NCBI GenBank assembly: GCA_013265495.1
Contig: MU058636.1
Coordinates: forward strand, 930,001 to 994,000
Length of the DNA stretch: 64,000 nucleotides
DNA from: Vicugna vicugna
Taxonomy: Eukaryota
Direction: 5' to 3'
Positions 50,707-62,560 of the stretch are shown one piece after another. Position 1 is the stretch's first letter. Each line of letters begins with the position of its first letter. Under the pieces are notes generated by a model. It worked only from the letters and a program-made list of their open reading frames with translations, was not told where the DNA came from and searched no databases. A program made the position numbers and the translations under genes.

Positions 50707-51561
50707 CTGCCGTGTATTTTACTTTCAGTCTTGATGTGGTTGAATATATTCTTCCTTAAAGTGCATATGTACTGTCTTAAAATGCCATGAATTAATCTTA
50801 ACTTACTAGATTTGTTTCCTCTTGAATGACTGCCTTCCCTGTTGTCCTTTCTTTTCTCTGGTGTTTTCGTTACTCTGTGGCTTCATTTTAGGGCTCACAC
50901 ATAGCTTAGGATTTTATTCAGGGATCACAAGGACCAAGTAGGAAACACAAATGTGTGACTTGGGCCAGATGTAAGGCCGGTGGCACGGGCGCCTAGAGGT
51001 GGCACGTCCGGCTGGGAAGACCCAGATGAAGAAAAAGCCACTGGAGCAAACATCTAGGATAAAAGGTAGGCGTGAATAGTGCCAATTTCTGACCAGGATT
51101 GTAGTTTGGGTTTTTTTTCTATATTTTATATAGAAAATACATTTCTATATTTTAAAATCTTACAAATATATTGCTTTTGTAACAACAGTTGAAGAGCTAA
51201 ACCAAAAGTATCAGACAACAGTAATGAAAACAGGACACCAGCCGGACAGGACAGCTCTGCTGGCTGCGTGTGGCCCGCAGGCTCCGGTGTGCGGCCTTGG
51301 TTTATCCTTGTGATGGTAGAAGACGAGCCCACGTGGCAAAGACGGGGCGCTGGAGGCCTCGCGCCTGCCGGCAGCCCCCTCTCAGCCTCCCACCAGCCTT
51401 CATGCCTTTCAAGGTCGGCTCTCCCCAAATCTTTACTTGTCTGGTCTCCGTGCTCCTGTCAGCTCAGAACCAAATCAGTGATCCGCCTTTGACAAAGATT
51501 CGTGATTTCAGCATCATCTGACAAACGTCCAGCCCTCAGATGGACTCGTCCTCTTTCGTCT

Positions 51562-51965
51562 TTTCTAATTGATTGTATAGTTGATTTACAATGTGTCGAT
51601 TTCTCGCGTACAGCATAGTGATTCATTTGTACATATATACGTTCCTTTTCATCGCCTTTTTCATTATAGGCCTTTACAAGATATTGAATACAGTTCCCTG
51701 TGCCCCACAGTAGGACCTTGTCGTTCACCTATTTTATGTATATAGCAGTGTGTATCTGCAAATCACGATCTCCCAGTTTTACCCCTCCCCTCCCTCTTCC
51801 CCCACTGGTAACTGTAAGTTTGTTTTCTGTATCTGTCCGTCTGTGTCTGTTCTTGTAAATAAGCTCACCTGTGTCCTTTTTTTTCAGATTCCACATGTAA
51901 GCGATGTGGCGTGGTGTTTTTTCTCTTTCTGGCTTCCTTCACTTGGTATGATGCTCTTCAGGTCC
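51562..51965 (-). mobile_element. L1 3' fragment
   Basis: tatagttgatttacaatgtg...gaatacagttccctgtgc...ctggtaactgtaagtttgttttctgtatctg. Confidence 0.9.
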
Positions 51966-53955
51966 CTCTTCATCAGTTTTTAATCCTGTTTTGTTAAATA
52001 CGTGATATGAGACACCTTCAGTCTTCTTTGCAATAATATAACGTGGAAGCAAATCAATTGACTAAATGAGTATGACCTGCCTCAGTTTGCCTCCTGTCTC
52101 ATTTCTGTGTAACCTGTTCCACACCTCTCTCCTACTCTTACCAACACACACACACACATGCATAGAGTTTCCTGGGCCGGTCCAGAGTGAACAGTGATGT
52201 TTACCTGAATTCACCACACATCCTGATGCCTTTGCGTTTGGAACAACTTTGGCCTAGAAGTGGCTCTTTGCTCAAACTTAACGGACTCCCCCTCCTTGGG
52301 GATTTGAGAAGCCTTCTTCGGCAAGCTTCCCTGTCTTGGCCTTTCTGCTTGCGATGCTTCTCCCTGCCCTCACGGAACCCTCTAGAAGAGTGTGCCTCAT
52401 AAGCGCAATAGTCTGTTTGCTTCGCTTGATCTTCTCCACTAAACTGTGAACTCCTCGGCCATCTGAGACTTCTAATTTTTTGAACATCTCTGTTAAGTGC
52501 AAGTGAAATGCTCTCCGGACTCTCGCCCACGTTGGAATGAGTGACAAAACGTCAAATAGAAAACCAGCAGGAATGCCTGTAGAATGCAGACCTCTGAGTG
52601 AATTATTACAGTCCATGCAGAGTTAATGTAGTCATTTACTCACGTGTCAGTGCCGACCAGTGACGTTACCTAAAATTGTTTGATTTCCCCCAGAAAGCAA
52701 GGTTTCACTCTATTAATAGCTGTAAGGATAGGTCATTTGCTTTGATACACATTGACCTCATATTCAGTTTTGCAGAGAGATGGTTCAGGTTTCCAGATTC
52801 TAATAAGTCAACATCTGTACTGATATATTTTTGACTGTCTGTTTCGATCTTTTCATTTATGCAGGGCCCAGTGACTTTCCTTAGCATTCACTGTAAATCT
52901 CCAGATGTGTTCTTTCAAGCTTGCCCTTTCTCCAGCCTCCCCTGTCTATAGTAGCATCTTCCTGCTCCTCCCCAGAACCTTGAAACCTTCACCTGCACTC
53001 TGACATTTTAATGTCCTCCTCTTCTTTCAAGTCCAGAGCCACGTGGGCAGGGGGTATCCCCCTACCCCATGCCCCACACCTGCCTTTCCTGTGTTATCTC
53101 TGCTTCTTTCCCGGTTTGGGTCCTTGCTACCTGTCACTAACTGTGAGAATGTAATAACCCATCTCCTTGCCGCCGATCCCTCCTCTCCACTTCTCCTCCC
53201 CCCCCACCCCCAGGACGGAAGTCCTTCCAAAGCACAAGTGCCCTCCTCTGGACTCCTCCGCAGCGCTGGGCGCAGCCTGCACGCTCACACACATGATTGG
53301 ATGGATGACCTGCTGCAGGGGTCCTCACAGTGTATGCAACAATGTCTGAATTTCCTAGCAAGATGCTCATGACCCTACAGAGTTGAGACCTAATCTCTTC
53401 CTCCAGCTTCTCCGCAACTTTCTCCAGTTTCTCCCCAACTCTGCCATTTCACACACCTGGGTGCCCTTCTCCGGTGTGTCGCTGGTCAGGATGACATCTA
53501 CCCTTTAAGTTCAACCAAAACGCTCCCTCTCCCACGCTTCCACTCGGCTGGATCTACGTCCCCCTCTGTGATGTTCCAGGGAAATTTAATTTAAATTTAC
53601 GTCTCTCCTAGAACCTATGAGCTTTCTTTCTTGACTTACAATTTTTGCATTTGATAACATGCGTGGTTTTCCCCTTCCAGGCGGGAGGGAGTCTCCTTGG
53701 TGGCAGGGAGAAATGTCATACTCTGCTTGGCATCCTCCTTGCGACCTGTGTCTCCTTACAGAAATGTTTATTGAACATAATTAGTGCTTTGTAGTAACTA
53801 AGAAAACTTGATTATCTCTTATGGGCAGTGAGGGCCAGTGAACGGGACATGGGAATCACAGGAATAAAACAGCCCTTTCCACCAAGAATGACTCAGACTG
53901 GGAGCTAAGACAATTGGGAAATCTTCTGGGATTTGTTAAAATGAGTGTTTTGCGA

Positions 53956-54080
53956 GGGGGAGGGTAGAGCTCAGTGGCAGAGCTTGTGCTTAGCGTGCAG
54001 GAGGTTCTGGGTTCAATCGCCAGTACCTTCATTAAACAAACCTAATTACCTCCCCCACCAAAATAAATAAAGTTTAAAAA
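53956..54080 (+). mobile_element. tRNA-Ala-derived SINE (Vic-1-like)
   Basis: gggggagggtagagctcagtggcagag...gggttcaatcgccagtacc...aacctaattacctccccc. Confidence 0.92.
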
Positions 54081-55506
54081 GACAGTTGCCCTGAGACCCT
54101 GGGCAAGTTATTGACCTTCCTTGTGTTTAGATGCCTCATCTGTCAAGTAGCCTATCTTTAAGGGTTTTTCTAAGGAAACATACATTCTTTTAAAACAACC
54201 AAATCTGTTAAGGTCTTTAAATTTTATGGGAAAAGCCATTGCATACTAACCCACATATGCATAGGTTGGAATGGTTAACCAGCAAAGCCCCCAGGCCTGA
54301 TGGTCAGGGGAATGTCCGATCCTGAAGGCATGTTTCTCAGGTACATCAGAATCTGGGAGCCGTTTCCTTCCCATCAAAGCCTGGCTGGCTTATGTAATTA
54401 GACCTCATCAAGAACGGACATGAAAGCCGTCTCGGCGGCTGCCGCAGGTCATTCTGCAGTCTGCACCGCCAGAGAGGTGTGTATCTGTTTCAGGAGCAAA
54501 TTAGGAACAGTAAAAATCCAAGCAATACAGTGAAGACTCCGTAGTTTAATAACTGAATTTGGAGCAAGTGCACTTCAGTTTTGGTGATACATGGAAATAA
54601 GGTACATGTGGATCCCAAAGCAGTGCGGGTCCCAGACAGAGATGACCTTTCCCTGGGGGGTCTATATAGGACCAGCAGGGGTCATTGTCCTCAGCAACAT
54701 CAGGTTAGTGTTTGATTTTTTAAAAACATTTCTTATTGCAATAACTAGACCCATCTCATACCCTACTTACTGTGTGTTTTAACTAAGTACAGCGAACTTG
54801 GGTCTCTAACCCTTCTGCAGTGTTTGTAAAATACTGATTTAAAACAGGTCTCCTTCAGGTGGAGAAGGGAATAGATCTGATAAATCAAAGAGGGCAGTCT
54901 GGACCGGGAGAGGGTGGAGAAGGGGAATGATAAACGTTCCCTGAACACCGTACCACCGTTAAGCTCCTTTTATATGAGCCAAATGGGGCTCAGAGGCACT
55001 AAGTTACTTTCCTAGGTAAATGGGGTGGGTGTGGTATGTAAATCCGGAGTGGTTTATTCAAGAGCTCATGCTTTTCCCAGCCCATCCCCCGGCCTCCCCA
55101 GGCCCTGGGGTCCAGAGTGTGTGGACGACAGATGGAGTGGAATCGTGGTCTGTGCTGACCTTGTAGCACAATTGGCAGCCAGGTAACTTCTGACCCAGGT
55201 GCTTTCCCGCCCCTCTCCCCACAGCGAGGTCAGACCACGGGGCTATTGGATGAGGGTCAGGAGAGGCTGGCCAGTGTCGTGGGGCTGGGGCAGCGGGGCA
55301 GCGGGGCAGCGGGTGGCCTACATCGGACATGCACTGCGGGGTAAAGCCACCTGCGCACCTGCCACACCTGCCCTCCTCCTGATGCTGCTGCCGTCAGCGT
55401 CATGGCCTCGGGGGGATGGAAGCCTGTCTCCCACACGCTCACCGTGGAAATGTCTCAGCTGATGCCTCAGAGCCCTCTACCTTTAAGTGCTAATGATACA
55501 GGAAAA

Positions 55507-56159
55507 TGTAGGGCGAGAGGGTGGCTGTGCGTGTCCCAGGTCTCAGCTGAGTCTCTGGGACATGCCCCGCCAAGCGTGAGTGTTTGGCTTCATGCAGGAA
55601 AGAAATCAAGAGCAAGCCACAGTTGAGTAAAAGTAGATTTATTCAGAGAGATGCAGACTCCATGGACAGAGTGCAGCCTGTCTCAGAAGGCAAGAGGAAG
55701 GCCACGAGGTGCAGGGTTGGGAGCTTAGTTTCAGGTAGAAGTCGACCCATGCTCCATAGAGTGTGGGCCGTCTCTCTCAGAAGGGAGTGCAGCCCTTCAG
55801 GACCCAGAGCCTGGTTCACGCTGAGCACAGGCTCGGCCACTGAGCCAGGGAGGCAGGTGTTGGGGGTTAGTTTTTATGGCCTCGGCTATTTCATATGCTC
55901 ACAAGTGGGAGGATTACTCCAACTATGGGGAAGGGCGGGGATTCCCAGGTATTTGGACCACGCCCACTTTTGACCTTTTAAGGTCAGCCTCCGAACTGTC
56001 GCGGTGCCTGTGGGGGTGCCATTTACCATGTTAGTATATTAACGATGAGCATATAATGAAGCTCAAGGCCTCCTGGGAGTTGAGTCTCCTGCCATCTTGG
56101 TGTAAATTGCTGTGTCATTCCTCGAATGGCTGTTCCTTGCCTCCTTTCCTCCTGTCTTA
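55507..56159 (-). mobile_element. Solo ERV LTR (ERV1-like)
   Basis: Starts TGTA on the plus strand; minus-strand AATAAA at 55638-55643; LTR-like ttggcttcatgcaggaaagaaatcaagagc, GC boxes and gccatcttgg. Family not determined. Confidence 0.65.
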
Positions 56160-56204
56160 CTATTTGGATTGCTTGGGTATTAATTATTCCTATGATGTCA
56201 TGGA

Positions 56205-56700
56205 ATCCATTCAACAAATATTAGCTGCATGTCTAGCATGTGGTAGGGGCTGGGGAGTCAAGAGGATCAGAAACAGCCGCTGCCCTCTCGGGACGCCTTG
56301 TCTGGTGGCGGCAGTGAAATCACTGTGGTGGGAAAGGCAGTGAAGGGCTGCAAGGTGAGCACAGAGGTGGGTGTGAGTAACCGCAGGAAGGCTCCAGACA
56401 GGGTGACATCTGAGCTGCCTTGGGAAGGGTGAGCATCCCAGGTGCAGAAGGGAAGGGCCTGGAGGCACGTGGGGAGCCTGTTAGTGGTGCGGGATGTTTT
56501 AAGAAAACTGTTTAGAGCCAGATCATGATTAAGGGCTGTACGTGACTTACCTTGTAGATGGTAGGAGCCTCTGAAGGTTTTCCAGCAGCAGAGAGATGCG
56601 ATCAGATCAATACGAGTTTTAAAAAATCACCCATAAATAGTGTGAAGACAGACGGAAGGGGGATGAAGCCAAGGGACCCGTGTTAGAAATACTGTCACAG
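56205..56700 (-). mobile_element. LINE-2 fragment
   Basis: cattcaacaaatattagc...ggtgacatctgagctg...ggagcctctgaaggttttccagcag. Confidence 0.7.
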
Positions 56701-58544
56701 CATAGCAAGGGGTGGCAGCGACCTCAGCTTGGGTAGGTGGGCCGGGCACAGACAGGTACTGGTGTCAGAGTGTACGTACACATCACTCTGCTGCCTCGCT
56801 TGGCCACCTTCATGCCTGTCCCGGCTCATTGGAAAAACAGCTTTGCCACTGAAATATCCCCGACGCTTGAGTGCCCTGGGTAAACAGCAGAATTTCTCTG
56901 TGCCCTGCCTGTGAAGTGGGCATGATCCCATGTATCCAGTAGATGCTACGAACGTTAAATATAACAAGCACATCAGACTGCAAATTCGAGCTGTCAGCAC
57001 GGGCTGTTTTCACCTTCCCTTAATTGTCCTCACTTGAGAACAAGGTTAACACCAGTACCCTGACCTGCTCTCGGGGGAGCATTGGGCTAATATTCCAATC
57101 GAAGACAAAGCTCCTCATCTGGCTGGGGTAGATTGTATTCTTGGGAGATGTGGGTGTGGAGACGTGTGTATTTATTTCACTCTAGTGTCAAGACAAAAAT
57201 AGATACTCCCCTTCAAAAGCGAGCTGGAGTAAGTGAAGCGTGTTTATAAAGATTTATGTATGGAGCTAAATTAATTCTTGAGAACTGAGGTATTTGTAGT
57301 CATTACTTCACTCCATTCTGAGAACAAGTACAAATGAACATGTCAAAAATGCTGACAATTATTATGCTTTTATAATTTGATTTCTTACTTATTCTAATTA
57401 TGTTCTTTTAATTAGTAACCACTTGTTCTTTTGCTTCCCCAAAGTGAGACTGAACTCACTTCCTGATGCAAAACAGTTTGTAATTTTCATGTAAGATGAC
57501 ATGCTATTAAGTAAAAAGAATGACAATTGTTTTTTCCACTAAAGACTTAGTGATGATAAAAGAGAACTTAAGCAAATCACTGAGCAGAGATCTAATTTAT
57601 AAAGCGTCTCGCAAAAGTCTCTGTGTCATCACTCTCAGATTCATCGGATTCAAAGTAAAGAAGACACTAAAACTGCCTACACTTTAGCTTTGGGAATTTA
57701 TCCAAGCTTTTGACCAGGCAAGGGTAAAGAGGGGCAAAGATGGCACATTCCAAAAGGTTTTTAAAAATACAGTTGTGAGGATCTCATGAGAAATATGCCT
57801 GAGAGCTTGCTCGGTTGTCATAATAGTACCACCGAACAGCGTGCCTTCAGCTCACCGGCGGGTCCAGGACCCGCTGCACACACATCACTTTCCGGAACAC
57901 AAATGACTGATCACCTCGCATTACCGGATTCTCGTTAGCATGATGCCCTATCGTCACCTCCCTTGCTCCCAAATTTAATTTTACTGCTTCAGCATGACAC
58001 CAGTTCGTGGGGATACGACCACTATATATCAGGTTGGACAAATGTTCACAGAAAAAAAAAAGGGAGTGATGAAGTCTTGAGTGGCTGGAGGTACCTGGTC
58101 TCCTGATCCCATTTTGAGGCTCTGCTAGTGTCTCACACACCGGAACAATCAGGACAGCTTTGCCCTTGAAGACACATGCCGAAGTGTTTAGGGTAGAGTG
58201 TCTCGGTGTCTACAATTTGCCTCCAGAGGTTGAGTGAAAAAAAGTCCTGTGCACAGAGACAGAGAGACAGAGAGAGAGAGAGATTAATGAAGAGTGAAGA
58301 AGAAAATGTGGAGTGTGTAGACAGTTGGTGAATCTTTCACCCAGAACTAAAACTTCAAAAAAAGTGTATGTGATGAAGAACTTCGTTAGATTTAGCAATA
58401 CTTGAAGAGCAATAGAATGAGTCTGTGAATGCATTAAAGGTCCATAAATAAAGCAAAGGTGACTCTTCTAAAGCAATTTTTTCCTCTTTATTATGGTGAT
58501 TTCACTATGTAGACATCATTATATTAACTACAGTTCCTATTTTT

Positions 58545-59535
58545 TTAAATGAATAGACTTTATTTTTAGTACAGTTTTAGACTGACAGAATTGAGCAGAT
58601 AGTACACAGAGTTCCATACACCTCCCACACCCTGGACAGTTAACATCTTGTATCAGTGTGTGCTACAACGAATGAACCAAAATGGAAACATTTTTATTAA
58701 TTACAGTCCAGAGTTTACATGATGTTGGCTTTTGTGTTGTACAGTTTGTGGATTTTGACACACATATCGTGATGTGCCCACCACTATAATATCAAAGAGA
58801 GCAGTTCCACTGCCCTAAAAATCCTGTGTGTTCTGCCTACTCATTCCTCCTGCCCTTTAATCCCTGGCAACCACTGGTCTTCTCTACTGTCTCCACAGTT
58901 TTGTCTTTTCCAGAATGTCAAATAGTTGGAGTCACACAGTCTGTAGCCTTTTCGGACCGGTTTCTCTCATTTAGCAATACCCATTTCAGGTTCCTCTATG
59001 TCTTTTCATGGCTTGATAGCTCATTTCTTTTTGTCACTGGATAACATCCCATTGCCTGGATGTACCAGTTTGTTTATCCATTCACCTACTGAAGAACATC
59101 TTGGTTGCTTCCAGCGTTGGGTGATTATATAAATAAACACTTGGGTGCAGGTTTTGCGTGGACCTAAGCTGTCAATTCATTGGGCTAAATACGAAGGAGC
59201 ACGAGTGCTAGATTGAATGGGAAGACTATGCTTAGCTTTGTGAAAACCGCCCTGCTGTCTTCCAGAGTGGCTGTACCCTTTTGCACCCCCACCTGCGGTG
59301 AATGCGCGTTCCTGTTGCTCCACATCCTCGCCAGCATCTGATATTATTAGTTTCTTGGACCTTAGCCACTCCAGAAGGTACGCTGTGGCATCTCACTGTT
59401 GCCTTAATTTGCAGTTCTCTCACGTAGCACACTTATCTGCCCCCTGAATATCGCCATCTCTCTTCTGGTGAGGTGTCTCTTCAGATCTTTAGCTCATTAT
59501 AAAACTGGGTTGTTTGTTTTCTTATTGAGATTTAG
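58545..59535 (-). mobile_element. L1MC-like fragment
   Basis: aatagactttatttttag...tggatgtaccagtttgtttatccattcacctactgaagaacatcttggttgcttcc...ttgctccacatcctcgccagc. Confidence 0.88.
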
Positions 59536-59599
59536 ATGGCTTTTTTCTTTTGAAGTGTGTCATCTCATTAATAAATAGAGTGAGGGAATAGAGAGTATG

Positions 59600-60070
59600 T
59601 GATTTACTCGGCTGCTAGGTGCATTCCCCTTCTCCCTTCCTGACAGAACCCACTGGCACAGACAAGGTCCCTGGTTTAAATTACTCGGTGTTTCAGAATC
59701 TTGGTTTTAGGAGTGGTCAGTGTGACATGGGCCTGGCCAAGAAGAAGCAAGCAGAAGGTGCAGATTGTTAAGGGGAAGACTCAGTTGGCAGGCATCTCTT
59801 TGCTCTTTTGTCCTTGACCCATCCCCCACCATTCTCCAGATTGTGATACAATGCCCAGAAGGGGAGCAGCCATCTTGTGAGAGGGAGACAAAGTCACGTG
59901 TCAAGGACAGCCAAGCCCATGGGCAGGAGCCTGAGATGCACCGACACCCTGGAGATACTGCAGAAGCTCTGGGCTGTCTCCAGACTTCCAGTCATGTGGT
60001 AAGAAGCACCCAATTTGGTATGCACTTTACTCAAGTTTCTGTTACACGCAACCAATTCATTCCCTGATTT
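59600..60070 (+). mobile_element. Old ERVL-type LTR (LTR16/LTR33-like)
   Basis: gcagccatcttgtgag...ctccagacttc...ttctgttacacgcaacc motifs. Confidence 0.55.
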
Positions 60071-61289
60071 GGCAACATTTTTCAAGCTCTATTAAGGATG
60101 AGGCACTAGTTCCTTTATGAAACTACTCTGAGCAATTTTATTTAAAGGACTGGTTCACAGAAGGACCATAAGTGAAGAAAATTCCCTGTATTATGGACAC
60201 AGTACTGAGGGTAGGGCTCTATTTACCACACGTTCAGCTGGAAATTACAGTGGGAGGAAACAGGAGTATAAAATAAGTTCCTTACCCTCGTGGAACTTAC
60301 CATCTAACTAGAGATAAGACCGACCTATATGAAACAATCCTGAACACTTCAGGACAGTGCGATTAAGGGCTCATAAAGGGTGTAAACTAAGTGTAGCAGC
60401 AGTTCATTTAAGGTGGAGGTCACTGAAGATAGGAGGAGCAAGGGAAATGTGATTAGCAAGCCTGAAAACACACTCTGGGTATCCCATCTCTTTATATTTT
60501 TGAATTTTACAGCAATGACCTAAATATAGACACGGAAGGTATTCCCCTGGGTAAGTGAAGACAAAATTAAGGAAAGCTATTTTAATTTGAATGCCAATTC
60601 AGCTTTGAATTCAGCAGAAAGTAGTCACTCTAGTATCAACATTTCAAATACAGAGCAGTGTAATAAAACCACAAAAATCCTGTTTACCTTAATAATTACC
60701 AGTATATTTCATGTGGACATGATATGGAAACTAAGATTATGTCATCTTAAAACAGACTTTGAAAAACTCTTCCATTGGAAGTAATGTGGGTTAATAGATT
60801 ACACATGAAGAGGAGTACATGATTTTTCTTCTGCACTGCTGGTGCTGCAAACTTTGCTAAAACTGTTATCAATGGCCATTCATTTTTTCTGAGCATTTAG
60901 TTGCTGTTACTCGCTGGAGCGGATGTGTGTAGTTGTCACTGGTCTGTAAAGACAACCTGAATTCATTTTTTTCTAGCTCTCTTTACTGGGTTTTGAACTT
61001 ATTTCCTAAACATTTTTCAATTTAGTGATCTTATTGGTAAGTCAAAAAGAATAAAAGCATGCGAGTAAAATATAGATAACATTTCTATTTGATGTTTTTG
61101 AACATCCCCTTTCCTCCAGGACCTAGAAAACACTTGGCTTTTTTTCCCCCTTCTCTTCCATTCCCTCCTTTTCCTCGCCCCTTCATTTCCCCCCTGAAGT
61201 TTACATCTGAGTCAGTTCCATTGCCAAGGGGCTTGGCTTGGTAGTTTCAGGGATGGCCCGTGTTTAACAGGTATTGTGGATATTCTCAC

Positions 61290-61454
61290 ATTTGAGTGGA
61301 GGAAGACTGGAACTGGGGGAAATAAGGAAAGAATCTGTGCAGGGAGGTGAGACGATTCTGCAGGCAGGATGGTAACAGATTCCAGAAGGGCATCTAATGA
61401 ACCGAGGTCACGGCTATAACCTTTCCGGGTTGGTAACCTTCCACCCTGCAGCAT
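61290..61454 (-). CDS. Candidate first coding exon of unit C (MLQGGRLPTRKGYSRDLGSLDALLESVTILPAESSHLPAQILSLFPPVPVFLHSN)
   Basis: 55 open codons ending at AAT|gtgaga. Upstream 114-nt intron 61486-61599 has donor CAG|gtaggg, branch-like ccctaac and acceptor ttgag. Confidence 0.4.
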
Positions 61455-61599
61455 ACAGGTAGCTGGATCTCTGTCTCCAAGAGCCCTCAAACCCAGGTAA
61501 GGTTAGGGTATGGAGGAAACTCAAAGGGCTGCAGTGGGTATATCGTAAGCAGAGGCGACACAGGGCCCCTAGGATAAACCGGGCCCAAAGTGTCCCTAC

Positions 61600-62560
61600 C
61601 TGTCCACTTGGGAAGGGACTCCGGCCAAAGCCTCATCCTGAGGCGGGGGCGGGGGACCAAGACTGAGAGCCGCCTCCTCCGCAATCCCCCGCCCCGCGGC
61701 CCCGACGTTTCGCGCCCCTGCCGTCCCCCATTGGCCGAGGCGCTCGCCAATCCTGGAGCAGCGGCCGGCGAGCGCGCCCTGGTTGGTGGAACCGGCGCTG
61801 GGCCCCCCTCTCGCTCCGGCCAGGCCCCCAGCCGGGAGGGGGCGTGGCCGCGGCCGTGGCCGGGCCGGAGGCGGCGTCGCTGGCGCCGCTGCGTGCGGGG
61901 CGGTGCGGGGCGGTGCGGGNNNNNNNNNNNNNNNNNNNNNNNNNNNNNNNNNNNNNNNNNNNNNNNNNNNNNNNNNNNNNNNNNNNNNNNNNNNNNNNNN
62001 NNNNNNNNNNNNNNNNNNNNNNNNNNNNNNNNNNNNNNNNNNNNNNNNNNNNNNNNNNNNNNNNNNNNNNNNNNNNNNNNNNNNNNNNNNGGCGCTGCCC
62101 GGTGCGCGCCGCCCGGCTGCGGGACAGGCGCCCGCCCTCCCGGCCGCAGGTGGCGCCCCGGCCTCGGCCCGCGCCCCATGCACAAGCCGGGGGCTGCCCG
62201 GCGTCTGGGACCCTCGCGTCCCTCCGGGCTGCGCGCGCCCTCGCCGCATCTGGCCCAGTCCCCGCGTGCCCGCTGCCCGGGTCCGGCCCTCTCTCCTTGG
62301 CTTCGCCCTCTCCGGCGCCCGGTGCCCCCTCCCTCGGGGCTGCGGGCGTGCGTAGTCTGGGCCTCGGCAGCCCGAGTGCTGGGAAAGGGTCGGTAGCCCG
62401 CGAGTGGCGCGCTGCGGGGACGGGGCGCACGCCGGGGCCACCTCGCGGGGATGCATCCTCCCCCGGAGGCTTTCCCCGCGCGGCCGGCGGGGCCGCGGGG
62501 CCCGGCTCTCGCGCCTCCTCCGCGCCGGAGCCTGGGCGAGCGGAAAGCCTTTGCCTCTCC
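61600..62560. promoter_or_regulatory. Large CpG island promoter: E2F site TTTCGCGC (61708-61715), CCAAT boxes (61730-61734 reverse, 61747-61751), tandem GC boxes
   Basis: Motifs read directly; gtgcggggcg about x3 at 61893-61919. Possible plus-strand first-exon donor CCG|gtgcgc at 62101/62102. Confidence 0.85.
61920..62090. other. Assembly gap (171 N)
   Basis: N run inside the CpG island. Confidence 1.

Larger units (their letters stand above)
44900..61600 (-). pseudogene. Unit C: unidentified multi-exon gene remnant transcribed leftward from the 61.6 kb island
   Basis: Exon-like segments 61290-61485, 57856-58021, from 57666, 56808-56945, 54771-54876, 52670-52890, 52205-52576, 51333-51517, 50051-50246, 48761-48889, 48399-48545, 45923-46020 and 44900-45109. 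Four consecutive exons (52576 to 48761) are phase-compatible; in-frame stops are present. Confidence 0.55.

Noticed and set aside
226..54080. tRNA-Ala genes at the SINE heads
   Set aside because: Each copy has stem-breaking substitutions or insertions and an A-rich SINE tail rather than a T-run terminator; they are retroposed SINEs.
54569..54703. Isolated open plus-strand exon-like segment
   Set aside because: No partner exons; it lies within minus-strand unit C and is compatible with chance.
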